Below are positions 44,274 through 54,211 of a stretch of 64,000 nucleotides of DNA, piece by piece; the stretch's first letter is position 1; every line of letters begins with the position of its first letter. The DNA is from an uncultured Alphaproteobacteria bacterium. Its GTDB lineage: Bacteria; Pseudomonadota; Alphaproteobacteria; Rhizobiales; Hyphomicrobiaceae. Under the pieces are notes generated by a model that had not been told where the DNA came from, ran no database searches, and saw only the letters and a list, made by a program, of their open reading frames with translations. Made by a program: the position numbers and the translations under genes. The DNA lies in the NCBI GenBank assembly GCA_963726795.1, contig CAVSDD010000008.1, forward strand, positions 28,668 through 92,667. The letters are read 5' to 3'.

Positions 44274-44373
44274 TCCCTCTTAACTCTCGATCGCAAGTGA
44301 GAGGCCGGCAGCGTCCGGCCTCCGCTATGATCGCAAGCGTTCAAACAACAAATAAACCTGAGGGAGGAATTAC

Positions 44374-45102
44374 ATGGCTCGTGTCGCGCTGGTGACCGGG
44401 GGGACGCGTGGCATCGGTCACGCCATCTCGGTGGCCCTGAAGGCCCGCGGTTACCGCGTCGCCGCCAACTATGCCAGCAACGATGCCGCTGCTCAGCAGT
44501 TCCAAGTCGAGACCGGGATCCCGGTTTTCAAATGGGACGTCGGCGATTTCGCCGCGTGCGAGAAGGGCGTGGCGCAAGTCGTGAAGGAGCTGGGGCCTGT
44601 CGACGTGCTGGTCAATAACGCCGGCATCACCAGCGACGCCATGCTTCACCGCATGACGAAGGAGCAGTGGGACAAGGTCGTGCGCACCGATCTCGATTCC
44701 GTTTTCAATATGTGCCGCCAGGTCATCGACAGCATGCGCACGAAGAGCTTCGGGCGCATCATCAACGTCGGCTCGATCAACGGCCGCAAAGGTCAGATGG
44801 GGCAGACGAACTACTCAGCCGCGAAGGCCGGCATGCACGGCTTCACCAAGGCGCTCGCGTTCGAAGGAGCGGCCAAGGGCATCACGGTCAATACGATTGC
44901 GCCGGGCTATATCGCGACCGAGATGGTGGCGGCGGTGCCGAAGGAAGTGCTCGAGACCAAGATCATTCCGCAGATCCCGGTCGGACGTCTGGGCGAAGAG
45001 AGCGAAATCGCGCGCGCGGTCGTGTTTCTAGCCGCGGATGAGGCCGGATTCGTTACCGGCGCCTGCTTCGACATCAACGGCGGCCACTACATGGCCACCT
45101 AA
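44374..45102 (+). CDS. phaB: acetoacetyl-CoA reductase
   Basis: ORF 44374..45102. VALVTGGTRGIG, VNNAGIT, NYSAAKAGMHGFTKALA, INGGHYM C-terminus. Confidence 0.95.
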   Translation: MARVALVTGGTRGIGHAISVALKARGYRVAANYASNDAAAQQFQVETGIPVFKWDVGDFAACEKGVAQVVKELGPVDVLVNNAGITSDAMLHRMTKEQWDKVVRTDLDSVFNMCRQVIDSMRTKSFGRIINVGSINGRKGQMGQTNYSAAKAGMHGFTKALAFEGAAKGITVNTIAPGYIATEMVAAVPKEVLETKIIPQIPVGRLGEESEIARAVVFLAADEAGFVTGACFDINGGHYMAT

Positions 45103-45174
45103 ATTACCACACGCGTTCATGTCGGATTGAACGCGTGGGATGCCCGGTTGAACTGCGGTTTATGAACGATTGAA

Positions 45175-45214
45175 CGCAAGGCTTGTCGGGGATGCCCGCG
45201 AGCCTTGCGTTTTT
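45175..45214 (+). terminator. rho-independent terminator after phaB
   Basis: CGCAAGGCT-N17-AGCCTTGCG followed by TTTTT. A second perfect 10-bp hairpin (CACGCGTTCA/TGAACGCGTG) sits at 45110..45137. Confidence 0.7.
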
Positions 45215-45215
45215 G

Positions 45216-46994
45216 TTATCCCCGCAGGCGCGTGCGGATGATGCGGGGGAATTCGTCCGTGCCGGGGCCCTGCTCTCCAGCCGGACGCTCAGAGCTCCAC
45301 CAGCGATCAGCGTGCACGTCGGCGACCGGAGCCTGGGCTGCGGGAGCCTGCTGCTGTGTGCCGGGTGTCGGCGCCGCGGGACCGGCATTCGGCATGGCGT
45401 TAGCCGTCGCGGGCACAGGCACCGCATTGGCGTTCGCCGTTGCAGCCGCGGCCGCGTTGGCGCGAGCCGGGATGCTCGGCCCGGCAAACCAAGCCTCGAT
45501 CAGATCGAGCTCGTCGGCCGACAGGTTGAGACCCTGGCTGCGGCAGCGCGCGACCACGAAGTTGCGGAAGCGGCTGGCGAAGAGCGAAGCCGAGACGCCC
45601 TGCACGAACCACGGATCGGATTCGCCCACGACATCGAGGATGAAGCGCGCGTCTTCGGTGCGCACCTCGAGCCCCAGATCCTGCGCCCGCTTGACGATGT
45701 TCTTCACCGTCTGCATGCCGGCCGGACCGTTCGCACTGATCTCCTGCGCCATGACGTCGAACAGCGCGCGATAGTCGGGCGGCGAAAGCGTCGGAGCCTG
45801 GCTCGCCTCGTGGATGCGCGCAATCGACTGCTGGATCGCGGTCGCGCCTTCACCAGCCGCGCGTGGCGGCGTGAAGGGCTGGTAACGGGGTAGCCCCGGC
45901 TGGCCCGAGAGGGCTTCGGACGGCGCCGGGGCTTGCGGACCGCGCTGCGTCTGGGCGGGGGGCCCGGATTGCGGTGCGGTTCGCGGGGCCTGCGGAGCGG
46001 TGCCGAGCAGCGGTGGCAAATTGCGCTGCAACGGTGCCGATACAGCTGGCTCCTGGCGGGACGCGTCTGGTCGGCGCGTCTCGATCCGGTTGCGTGTCTC
46101 GCCCTGCACGGCGCGGCTCGCGTCATAGACGCAGTATGGCGGCTGCGTGGTCAGTTTGATCTCCTCGGGCAAGCCCTTGGAGAGAAGATCGCGGAAGCTG
46201 CCCATCCCGCCCCAGGCGGAACCGACCGTCTTGTCGTAACCGAGCGTGCGTACTGCGCGATCGGCGAGGGCCTCGAGCGGCAACGGCTGCTCGGAAGCGC
46301 GCACCGCGGACACGACCTCGTTGAGGATGTGCCGGCGCAGCGTCTCGATGTTGGTCGCGCTTGGCAGCGCGGGAATGTCGGCGTGCTCGGTGGGGCGAGC
46401 AGCAATCTCGCCTTCGAGCAGCAGCATCATCAGATCGGATTCGCGCACTTCTGCGTCGCAGATCGCGGTGTATGGCGCTGCCGTGTTGTCGTTGGAATAG
46501 ATGACCGTGCGGCGTGCATGTGAGCGCAGCCGATGCAGCACGGGTGTGAAGTCGGCATCGCCAGAGAGGATGACGAACTCATCGAAATAGGTTTCGTGCG
46601 TGAGGATATCGCGCACGTCCATCACGATGCGAATGTCGGCGGAGTTCTTCAAAAGCGCGGTCAGCGGCGGACAATCGATCACTTCGCAGCCCGCGCGCAG
46701 GAAATGGTGGCGCACGAACGGGAAGGACGTCATGTCGGTCGAGTTATCGCCTTGATTACGCCGCGGTACCGGATTGCCGTAGCAGCGATTGATGACGATT
46801 CGGCGCGGGCGCTCTGCTTCGGGGCTGTTGGTTGGAGTCATCAGGCGGCCCGTTTCGAGCGCCTTGATCCACCGTGCAGCGTCCTTGGAGAACCGCTTGG
46901 CCGCTTCCTCGCTCTTGCGCTTCAGCGAAAGGTACACGTTGTCGTAATCGACGAAGACCGTCGTCAAAATGGGTCCAAGCGACTCCCGCTTCAT
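45216..46994 (-). CDS. NYN (LabA/PIN-like) nuclease-domain protein with OST-HTH/LOTUS-like middle region and long Pro/Gln/Ala-rich C-terminal part
   Basis: ORF 45216..47003 (TTG). ATG 46994 gives MKRESLG. NYN motifs VFVDYDNVY, DIRIVMDVRDIL, FVILSGDADFTPVLHRLR. The middle stretch LRRHILNEVVSAVRASEQPLPLEALADRAVRTLGYDKTVGSAWGGMGSFRDLL resembles OST-HTH. Confidence 0.75.
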   Translation of the reverse strand: MKRESLGPILTTVFVDYDNVYLSLKRKSEEAAKRFSKDAARWIKALETGRLMTPTNSPEAERPRRIVINRCYGNPVPRRNQGDNSTDMTSFPFVRHHFLRAGCEVIDCPPLTALLKNSADIRIVMDVRDILTHETYFDEFVILSGDADFTPVLHRLRSHARRTVIYSNDNTAAPYTAICDAEVRESDLMMLLLEGEIAARPTEHADIPALPSATNIETLRRHILNEVVSAVRASEQPLPLEALADRAVRTLGYDKTVGSAWGGMGSFRDLLSKGLPEEIKLTTQPPYCVYDASRAVQGETRNRIETRRPDASRQEPAVSAPLQRNLPPLLGTAPQAPRTAPQSGPPAQTQRGPQAPAPSEALSGQPGLPRYQPFTPPRAAGEGATAIQQSIARIHEASQAPTLSPPDYRALFDVMAQEISANGPAGMQTVKNIVKRAQDLGLEVRTEDARFILDVVGESDPWFVQGVSASLFASRFRNFVVARCRSQGLNLSADELDLIEAWFAGPSIPARANAAAAATANANAVPVPATANAMPNAGPAAPTPGTQQQAPAAQAPVADVHADRWWSSERPAGEQGPGTDEFPRIIRTRLRG

Positions 46995-47196
46995 AACCGG
47001 CAACCCCCCGCTGGCCGTGGTTCAAGTCGTACTTGCCAGCACTCTTTGGTGAGTCGCACCGACGCGGCAAGCGCAGTGGCGCTGCGCATTGGCCATTTGC
47101 ACAATAAGCGTTTTCCGCCAGTACGTTAGAGAATCGGTACGGGGGTCATTAGTCGTGGAAAAGTCACTGGTGCGCCAAACAAGCAACTGTCATGGA

Positions 47197-47658
47197 TCAG
47201 CGTTGCGGCAGCATCTTGGGATCGACGGGGTCAAAGCCCCCGTCAGCAAGCTCAAATCCCGTAAATTCGAATCCCGGAGCAACCGTGCAGCCGGCGAGCG
47301 TCCAAGCGCCGAGGCTGCGTGCCGACTGCCACCAGCCAGCCGGTACTACCGCTTGCGGGCGCTCGCCCGCATCAAGCGCCGAGCCGAGCCGTAGCCGCGT
47401 GAGGATCCCCTTGTCGTCGGCGAGGGACAGCTCGAGCGTCGCACCGGCATACCAATGCCAGGCCTCGGCGGCGTCGACGCGGTGCCAGCGCGAGATCTCG
47501 CCGGCGGCGAGCAGGAAGTAGATCGCGGTTGAGGCGGCGCGGCCGCTTGCGATTTTGACCTCGTCGCGGAACGTCTCGCGGAAGTGGCCGCCTTCGGGAT
47601 GCGACTGCAAGTCGAGAAGCTTGATCACATCGGCGGCGCTCAGCTCAGGCGATGGCAT
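47197..47658 (-). CDS. cupin-fold DUF985 protein
   Basis: In frame with ORF 47197..47724, starting at ATG 47658 (MPSPELSAADVIKLLDLQSHPEGGHFRETF...IYFLL...SRWHRV...EAWHWYAG). Confidence 0.75.
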   Translation of the reverse strand: MPSPELSAADVIKLLDLQSHPEGGHFRETFRDEVKIASGRAASTAIYFLLAAGEISRWHRVDAAEAWHWYAGATLELSLADDKGILTRLRLGSALDAGERPQAVVPAGWWQSARSLGAWTLAGCTVAPGFEFTGFELADGGFDPVDPKMLPQR

Positions 47659-47692
47659 CAGGCTCGCTCCACTGGATGCAGGGTGCCGGCTC

Positions 47693-48175
47693 TTAGCGCC
47701 GCCGGGCCGCATCGATGCGCTCAATCAGCTTGTCGATCGTCGGGCTCGTCGTCAGCGGGATAAGGCGAAGGGGCGCGCAGAACGTTACCACCGAGCCAAA
47801 CACGCTCTGCCGCCGCAGCGAAAGGGTCACGCGCGGCGGGCTCATCATGGGGGAGTAGCTGACGTTCTTGATATCCGACAAGGCGATGCGGTCTTCCGCC
47901 CCGCGATTGCGGACGATCAGCGCGTCCCCGGCATCCCACACCTCGTCGACCAGATCGAATATGAGCGCGCGCATGATGAAGAACCCGAACACCGCCATCA
48001 CTGGCAAAACGATCAGCGGGAGCGAGAAAGCACCTTGGAAGCGCAGGCTCGTCGTCGCCACAACCGCCAGACCGCCGAACCAGATCGCAGGGAAAACCCA
48101 TTTGTAAAAGACGGTCGCCTTCGAGGAGATGCGAACCATCGCTGGGCGCTCCGCTTGCGAATTCTCAGATGCCAA
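47693..48175 (-). CDS. membrane protein, function unknown
   Basis: ORF 47693..48175, with two TM segments (WVFPAIWFGGLAVVATT, LIVLPVMAVFGFFIMRALIF). The start may be the internal ATG at 48139. Confidence 0.5.
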   Translation of the reverse strand: MASENSQAERPAMVRISSKATVFYKWVFPAIWFGGLAVVATTSLRFQGAFSLPLIVLPVMAVFGFFIMRALIFDLVDEVWDAGDALIVRNRGAEDRIALSDIKNVSYSPMMSPPRVTLSLRRQSVFGSVVTFCAPLRLIPLTTSPTIDKLIERIDAARRR

Positions 48176-48282
48176 CGCACGCGTCGCAGTCGCGCGAGCG
48201 GCCTGAGATTATCATGCCGCCGACAGCGGTCTGAAGCTGCTCGTGTGTCGCGGGGCCGCAATGTCCGACACCGGCGGCGGCA

Positions 48283-49054
48283 TCAGGCCTTGTTCTTGCG
48301 CTCGCGGATCTCGGCGAAGACCTTCCAGTCGGGAGCGAAGGGCAGCCCGATTTTCTGCCGAATCGCGGCGTTGCCTGCGCGCAGGAAGGGGTTGGTCTCG
48401 AGCTCCTTGTCGAGCCGCGTGGGCAGCGTCGCCTCTCCGTTGGCGCGCTGGCGCTCGACCTCCTGCGCGCGCTGGCGCAGGGCGGCGTTGTCGGGATCGA
48501 CGGTGAGCGCAAAGCGCGCGTTGGCGGCGGTGTACTCGTGCCCGCAGTAGATCTCGGTGTCGCGCGGCAGCCCCATGAGCTTCTTCAAGGAGTTCCACAT
48601 CATCTCGGCGTTGCCTTCAAACACGCGGCCGGCACCCATCGCAAACAGCGTGTCGCCCACGAACGCGACCTTGGCGGCCGGTATCCAGTAGGAGAGGTGA
48701 CCGAGCGTGTGCCCGGGCGTCTCGAGCACCCGCACCTCGAAGCCCCCGAATGCGATGGTGTCTCCTTCGCGCACGCCACGGTCGATCCCCGGGTACGCGG
48801 TCGGCCTCCGCCAGGGGCCCGATGACGGTGCAGCCGGTTGCTTCCTTCAAGCGCAGGTTGCCGCCGGTGTGATCCTTGTGATGGTGGGTGATGAGGAGGT
48901 GGGTGAGGCGCCAGCCCTTGGCGGCGAGGTGCTTCAGGATTTCTTCCGCGTCGGGCGCGTCGATCGAGGCCGTGACGCCGGCCTCAGCATCGTGCAGCAA
49001 CACGCCGAAGTTGTCGGAGAGGCAAGGAAACTGCTCGATCTCGAGCTTCGGCAT
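48283..49054 (-). pseudogene. gloB: hydroxyacylglutathione hydrolase (glyoxalase II) with a 1-nt insertion in a C4/G3 run (probable sequencing error)
   Basis: ORF 48617..49054 gives MPKLEIEQFPCLSDNFGVLLHD...LITHHHKDHTGGN...TVIGPLAEADRVPG, then junk. ORF 48283..48774 continues (GIDRG)VREGDTIAFGGFEVRVLETPGHTLGHLSYW...CGHEYT... Deleting one base at 48787..48793 yields a 256-aa GloB. Confidence 0.85.
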
Positions 49055-49222
49055 GCTTTGGCGCTCTTATTGTTGGCACTTGGAGTTTTTGGCGGCTCTT
49101 AGGGTGCGGACCCTAGCGGCGGCGTCCGCCGATGACAACGCACCTGCGGCAAGGGCTTGAATTGCTGTGCGATCCGGTCAAGTTGTGCGCTGCTGGCCAG
49201 GCGCGAGGAGACATCCTCAACG

Positions 49223-49957
49223 ATGCACCACGATGTCGTCGAGCTGAAGAACTTCTACGCGACGCCGCTCGGGCAGTCCGTGCGCCGCGTCTTGGGCCAT
49301 CGCATCCGCGCGCGCTGGCGCGGGCTGACGGGCGCGACGCTCATCGGCCTGGGTTATGCCTCCCCGTATTTGGGCGCGTTTCGCGGGGAAGCGCGCCGCA
49401 TCGGTGCGCTGATGCCGGAGACGCAAGGCGCGGTCGTGTGGCCGAAGGACGGCTCGGCCATGTCGGCGCTAGTTGAGGAGGATCGCCTGCCGCTCGCCGA
49501 CGGCTCCGTCGACCGTCTGCTCGCGGTGCATTGCCTCGAGGTCGCCGAGCGCACGCGGCCGCTCTTGCGCGAGATGTGGCGCGTACTGGCGCCCGAAGGC
49601 CGGCTCATGCTAGTGGTGCCGAACCGGCGCGGGGTCTGGGCGCGCCTCGACAAGACGCCGTTCGGGCAGGGGCGTCCCTATAGCCGACAGCAGCTCGAGG
49701 CATTGTTGAGCGAAGCCATGTTCAGCTCGCTCGAATGGGGTGGGGCGCTGTTCGTGCCGCCATTCAATCGCCAGGTGCTGCTGCGCTCGGCGACCGCCTG
49801 GGAGCGCGTGGGCGCGGCGATGACGCCCGCGTTTGCCGGCGTCATCATCGCCGAGGCGCGGAAAGAGCTGGTGGCGCCGATCGGCAAGCCGGTGAAGGCG
49901 CGCCGACTGCGCGGTCTTGCGCCCGCAGGCGTGCGCCCGGCGTATCCGCGCGCTTAG
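49223..49957 (+). CDS. class I SAM-dependent methyltransferase (type 11-like)
   Basis: In frame with ORF 49157..49957, starting at ATG 49223 (MHHDVVELKNFYATPLG). DGSVDRLLAVHCLEV...LREMWRVLAPEGRLMLVVPNR. Confidence 0.7.
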   Translation: MHHDVVELKNFYATPLGQSVRRVLGHRIRARWRGLTGATLIGLGYASPYLGAFRGEARRIGALMPETQGAVVWPKDGSAMSALVEEDRLPLADGSVDRLLAVHCLEVAERTRPLLREMWRVLAPEGRLMLVVPNRRGVWARLDKTPFGQGRPYSRQQLEALLSEAMFSSLEWGGALFVPPFNRQVLLRSATAWERVGAAMTPAFAGVIIAEARKELVAPIGKPVKARRLRGLAPAGVRPAYPRA

Positions 49958-50586
49958 CGTTTTCTCAGCAGGAACACGGCCTTCTCGCCCAGCAGGTTTT
50001 GCAGCGCGATCGAGTGCTTGATCGGCAGCCGCTGGCCCGACGTGTTGAACGCGACCGCTTCCTCGACGCGCGCATCGACGAGATCGACGAGGTCGGCGAA
50101 GTCGCGGATCGTGCACAGGTGCGCGTCGGGGCTCGCGTACCAGGCTTCGGGCAGGTTCTGCGTCTGCGGCATGCGGCCCGACAGCAGCAGCCCGGCGCGG
50201 ATGCGCCAGTGGCCGAAGTTCGGAAACGACACGATCGCGCGCCGGCCGATGCGCAGCAGGTTTTCCAGCACCGTCTTGGGGTGGCGCGTCGCCTGGATGG
50301 TGAGGCTCAGGATCGCGTAGTCAAACGCCTGGTCGGGGTAGTCGTTCAAGTCGCGGTCGGCGTCGCCCTGGATCACGGACAGTCCGCGCGTCACGCACGC
50401 GTTCACGCGATCGCGCGAGAGCTCGACCCCGCGGCCGTCGGTCGATTTCGTTTCGGCCAGGAGCTGCAGCAAGGCCCCGTCGCCGCAGCCGACGTCGAGC
50501 ACGCGTGAGCCCGGCTCGACCATCTCGGCGATGAGCAGATGGTCGACGCGATGCTGTTCTCCCGGCGGGTTCACGATCTTGAGCAT
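49954..50586 (-). CDS. metW: methionine biosynthesis protein MetW
   Basis: ORF 49954..50586. VLDVGCGDGALL, FDYAILSLTIQATRHP, SFPNFGHWRIR, LCTIRDF. The start overlaps the metX stop. Confidence 0.9.
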   Translation of the reverse strand: MLKIVNPPGEQHRVDHLLIAEMVEPGSRVLDVGCGDGALLQLLAETKSTDGRGVELSRDRVNACVTRGLSVIQGDADRDLNDYPDQAFDYAILSLTIQATRHPKTVLENLLRIGRRAIVSFPNFGHWRIRAGLLLSGRMPQTQNLPEAWYASPDAHLCTIRDFADLVDLVDARVEEAVAFNTSGQRLPIKHSIALQNLLGEKAVFLLRKR

Positions 50587-51791
50587 CAGCCAAGCACCTT
50601 CAGTCCGCGCTTCACGCCGGCCGCGTTCAAGAACCCGCGAATGGTGGCGAAGAACACCGGCTCCTCCAGCAGGAATGCGTCGTGGCCGTTGTTGGACTCG
50701 ATCTCCACGAACGAGACGTTAGCCGCGACTGCGTTCAGCGCGTGCACGATCTCGCGGCTCTCGCGCGTCGGGTACAGCCAGTCGCTCGTGAACGAGACGA
50801 CGCAGAAGCGCGTCTTCGTTTTGCGGAAGGCGTTCGCCAGCACGTCGTCATGCTCGGCAGCGAGATCGAAGTAGTCCATCGCGCGGGTGATATAGAGGTA
50901 GCTGTTGGGGTCGAAGCGGTCGACGAACGTCGAGCCCTGATGGCGCAGATAGCTCTCCACCTGGAAGTCGGCGTTGAACGAGAACGTGAGCTTGGAGCGG
51001 TCCTGCAGGCTGCGCCCGAACTTGCGGTGCAGCGCGTCCTCCGACAGATACGTGATGTGCGCGGCCATGCGCGCCACGGCGAGCCCGTTGCGCGGCACCA
51101 AACCGAAAGAATAGTAGTCGCCGCCGCACCAGTCGGGGTCGGCCATCACGGCCTGGCGCCCCACCTCGTGGAAGGCGATGTTCTGCGAGGAATGCCAGGC
51201 GGCGGTCGCGATCGGCACGGCGGAGAACACGCGCTCGGGGTGGCTCGCCGCCCATTCGAGCACCTGCATGCCGCCCATCGACCCGCCGATCACGCAGAAC
51301 AACTGGTCGATGCCCAAGTGATCGATGAGGCGCACTTGTGCATTCACCATGTCGCCGATGGTGATGACCGGAAAATTGACGCCATAGGGCTTGTTCGTCC
51401 TGGGGTCGACCGAGGCCGGTCCGGTCGAGCCCATGCAGCCGCCGAGGATGTTGGGGCAGATGACGAAGAAACGGTCGGTGTCCACCGGCTTGCCGGGGCC
51501 GACGAGCGTTTCCCACCAGCCGGGCTTCTTGGTGACCGGGTGCTCGCTCGCGACGTATTGATCGCCGGTGAGCGCATGGCACACGAGCACGGCGTTCGAC
51601 TTGGCCGCGTTGAGCGTGCCGTAGGTCTGATAGGCGATCGTCACCGGCGCCAGCGACTGGTCGCAGTCGAGCAGCAACGGCTCGCTTGCGGGCAGGTGCA
51701 AGACCTTGCTCGAGGGATTGTTGGCCTCCGCGAGACGCGCGCTCGCGGTGCCGGCTTCGACGTTCGCCAAAGGTGGATGCACTGGCATCAT
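50586..51791 (-). CDS. metX: homoserine O-acetyltransferase
   Basis: In frame with ORF 50586..51857, starting at ATG 51791 (MMPVHPP). [52 protein letters not shown]. Confidence 0.9.
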   Translation of the reverse strand: MMPVHPPLANVEAGTASARLAEANNPSSKVLHLPASEPLLLDCDQSLAPVTIAYQTYGTLNAAKSNAVLVCHALTGDQYVASEHPVTKKPGWWETLVGPGKPVDTDRFFVICPNILGGCMGSTGPASVDPRTNKPYGVNFPVITIGDMVNAQVRLIDHLGIDQLFCVIGGSMGGMQVLEWAASHPERVFSAVPIATAAWHSSQNIAFHEVGRQAVMADPDWCGGDYYSFGLVPRNGLAVARMAAHITYLSEDALHRKFGRSLQDRSKLTFSFNADFQVESYLRHQGSTFVDRFDPNSYLYITRAMDYFDLAAEHDDVLANAFRKTKTRFCVVSFTSDWLYPTRESREIVHALNAVAANVSFVEIESNNGHDAFLLEEPVFFATIRGFLNAAGVKRGLKVLG

Positions 51792-51829
51792 ACGAGCGCG
51801 CTCCCTGCCTGCGCCTCGTGCGCGGGCAC

Positions 51830-51944
51830 AAAAAAACCGGCCGGAACAGCGGGCCATTGAGGCCGCTCATCCGATACCGGTGCGCGCGGCCCGTTTTAGC
51901 GACTTATTTAACGTGGTTGCAAGCCGGCCGGCCAAATCACCACG
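51830..51944 (-). promoter_or_regulatory. candidate SAM-II (metA-type) riboswitch plus terminator-like expression platform in the metX leader
   Basis: The reverse strand at 51944->51893 reads CGUGGUGAUUUGGCCGGCCGGCUUGCAACCACGUUAAAUAAGUCGCUAAAAC. P1 is CGUGGU/ACCACG. The 3' tail AAGUC can pair with loop GGCUU and AAAU with AUUU (an H-type pseudoknot). It is followed by an imperfect stem (51873..51842) and a U7 run (51836..51830), 38 nt before the ATG. Confidence 0.55.
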
Positions 51945-52119
51945 AGGTCACGATCAGATAGCGGCGCGGGGTGGGAGCGTCAAGAGGAGGGCTCCTCGTC
52001 GCGGCCTGGCGAAGCTGGCCGTTAGCCTTTGCGCTTCCGTTATAGGCGTCTGTATCACTTCCCGCGATCACTGGCCGCGTCTGCGACCCAGGCAGGCATG
52101 CCCATTCGGACCAAGCCCC

Positions 52120-53220
52120 ATGGCTATTCCCCAGCCCAAATCCGGCATACTGGAAATCGAGCCCTACGTTCCCGGCGAGAGCAAGCTCGCGGCGGGCGCC
52201 AAGCCGATCAAGCTGTCGTCCAACGAGACCCCGCTCGGGCCGAGCCCCAAGGCATTGGCCGCGTTCAAGGACGCAGCCGCCAGCCTCGAGCGCTATCCCG
52301 ACGGATCGAGCACGGCGTTGCGTGCGGCGATCGCGGCCCGCTATGGGCTCAACGCGGCGCGCATCGTGTGCGGTGCGGGCTCGGACGAGATCTTGGGCTT
52401 GCTCGCGCATGCCTACCTCGGCCCGGGCGACGAGGCGATCTTCACGCAGTACGGCTTCCTGCTCTATCGCATTATCGTGCTGGCCAACGGCGCGACGCCC
52501 GTGGTCGCGCGCGAGCCGGATCTGCGCGCGGATGTCGAGGAGATTCTAGGCCTCGTGACCGAGCGCACCAAGACCGTCTTTCTCGCGAATCCCAACAATC
52601 CGACCGGCACCTACCTGTCGATCGACGAGGTGCGCAAGCTGCGCGCCAAGCTGCCGGTCAACGTGCTGCTCGTGCTCGATGCCGCGTACGCCGAGTACGT
52701 GCGCCGCAACGATTACGAGGCCGGCATCGAGCTCGTCGCGACGACGCCCAACACGGTCATGACGCGCACGTTCTCCAAGATCCACGGGCTCGCTGGGCTG
52801 CGCCTCGGCTGGGCCTATTGCCCCGAGACGGTCGCCGACGTGCTGAACCGCATCCGCGGGCCGTTCAACGTGTCGGCTCCGGCGCTCGCCGCCGGCGTCG
52901 CCGCGATCACCGATGGCGCGCACGAGGAAGCCGCTGCCGCCCACAACGAGGAGTGGCGCCCCAAGCTTTCAGCCGGCATCGAGAAGCTCGGGCTCAAGGT
53001 GACACCGAGCGTGGCGAACTTCCTGCTCGTGCACTTTCCGAAAGATACAAAGCGCAACGCGCCTGCGGCCGATGCTTTCTTGAAGTCGCGCGGGATCATC
53101 GTGCGCCGCGTCGACGCGTATGGCCTGCCCGAGGCCCTGCGCATCACGATCGGTACCGGCGCCGACAACCAAGCGGTGCTGGCGGCGCTTAGCGATTTCA
53201 TGCAGAGCACCGCGTCATGA
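52120..53220 (+). CDS. hisC: histidinol-phosphate aminotransferase
   Basis: In frame with ORF 51706..53220, starting at ATG 52120 ([19 protein letters not shown]). [36 protein letters not shown]. Confidence 0.9.
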   Translation: MAIPQPKSGILEIEPYVPGESKLAAGAKPIKLSSNETPLGPSPKALAAFKDAAASLERYPDGSSTALRAAIAARYGLNAARIVCGAGSDEILGLLAHAYLGPGDEAIFTQYGFLLYRIIVLANGATPVVAREPDLRADVEEILGLVTERTKTVFLANPNNPTGTYLSIDEVRKLRAKLPVNVLLVLDAAYAEYVRRNDYEAGIELVATTPNTVMTRTFSKIHGLAGLRLGWAYCPETVADVLNRIRGPFNVSAPALAAGVAAITDGAHEEAAAAHNEEWRPKLSAGIEKLGLKVTPSVANFLLVHFPKDTKRNAPAADAFLKSRGIIVRRVDAYGLPEALRITIGTGADNQAVLAALSDFMQSTAS

Positions 53221-54209
53221 GCCCCGCTCCGCCAGAGAAACAAGGGATGCCCGAAGCGAAATTCGGCCAGATCGCCCTTCTCGGCATCGGCCTCATCGGC
53301 TCCTCGATCAGCCACGCGGCGCGGCGCAAAGGGCTCGCCGGCTCGATCACCGGCAGCGCGCGCACGAAGGAGACTGTCGATACGGCGCTCAAGCTCGGCC
53401 TCATCGACAAGGGCTGCGCCAGCGCGGCTGAAGCCGTTGCGGGCGCCGACCTCGTCATCATGAGCGTGCCGGTCGGCGCGTGCGCGGCGCTCGCGGCCGA
53501 GATCGCCCCGCACCTCAAGCCCGGTGCCATCCTGACCGACGTCGGCTCGGTCAAGGCCGCGGTGGTGCGCGATGTCGCTCCGCACGTGCCCAAGGGCGTG
53601 CACTTCGTGCCGGGGCATCCGATCGCGGGCACCGAGCAATCCGGACCCGAGGCCGGTTTCGCCGAGCTGTTCGACGGCCGCTGGACGATTTTGACGCCAA
53701 GCGCGCAGACCGACAAAAGCGCCGTCGCCAAGCTCAAGGCCTTCTGGCAGGCGCTCGGCTCCAAGGTCGAGATCATGACGCCCGAGCATCACGACATGGT
53801 GCTCGGCATCACCAGCCATCTGCCGCATCTCATCGCCTACAACATCGTCAACACGGCCGAGCACCTTGAACGCGTCACCAACTCGGAGGTGATCAAGTTC
53901 TCGGCCGGCGGCTTCCGCGATTTCACCCGCATCGCCGCCTCTGACCCGACCATGTGGCGCGACGTGTTCTTGAACAACAAGGAGGCGGTGCTGGAGATGC
54001 TCGGCCGCTTCTCGGAGGATCTGGCGGAGCTGCAGCGCGCCATCCGCTTCGGTGACGGCGACACGCTGTTCCGCCTGTTCACGGACGCGCGCGCGATCCG
54101 CCGCGGTGTCATCGAGGCGGGCCAGGATACCGCCGCGCCCGACTTCGGGCGCTCTCATGCAGGCGAGCCCGCAGCGAAAACGCCCACCGGCAAGAAAGCA
54201 GCGACGTAG
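53217..54209 (+). CDS. tyrC: prephenate/arogenate (cyclohexadienyl) dehydrogenase
   Basis: ORF 53217..54209. [47 protein letters not shown]. There is an ATGA overlap with hisC. Confidence 0.9.
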   Translation: MSPAPPEKQGMPEAKFGQIALLGIGLIGSSISHAARRKGLAGSITGSARTKETVDTALKLGLIDKGCASAAEAVAGADLVIMSVPVGACAALAAEIAPHLKPGAILTDVGSVKAAVVRDVAPHVPKGVHFVPGHPIAGTEQSGPEAGFAELFDGRWTILTPSAQTDKSAVAKLKAFWQALGSKVEIMTPEHHDMVLGITSHLPHLIAYNIVNTAEHLERVTNSEVIKFSAGGFRDFTRIAASDPTMWRDVFLNNKEAVLEMLGRFSEDLAELQRAIRFGDGDTLFRLFTDARAIRRGVIEAGQDTAAPDFGRSHAGEPAAKTPTGKKAAT

Positions 54210-54211
54210 GG

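Noticed and set aside
52815-54158. 447-aa minus-strand ORF. The same reasoning applies to 56462..57613 (+, 383 aa), 11422..12591 (-, 389 aa) and 43050..43934 (-, 294 aa).
   Set aside because: All are antisense to well-supported genes (hisC/tyrC, nrdJ, patatin, phaA) and are Arg/Gly/Ala/His-rich.
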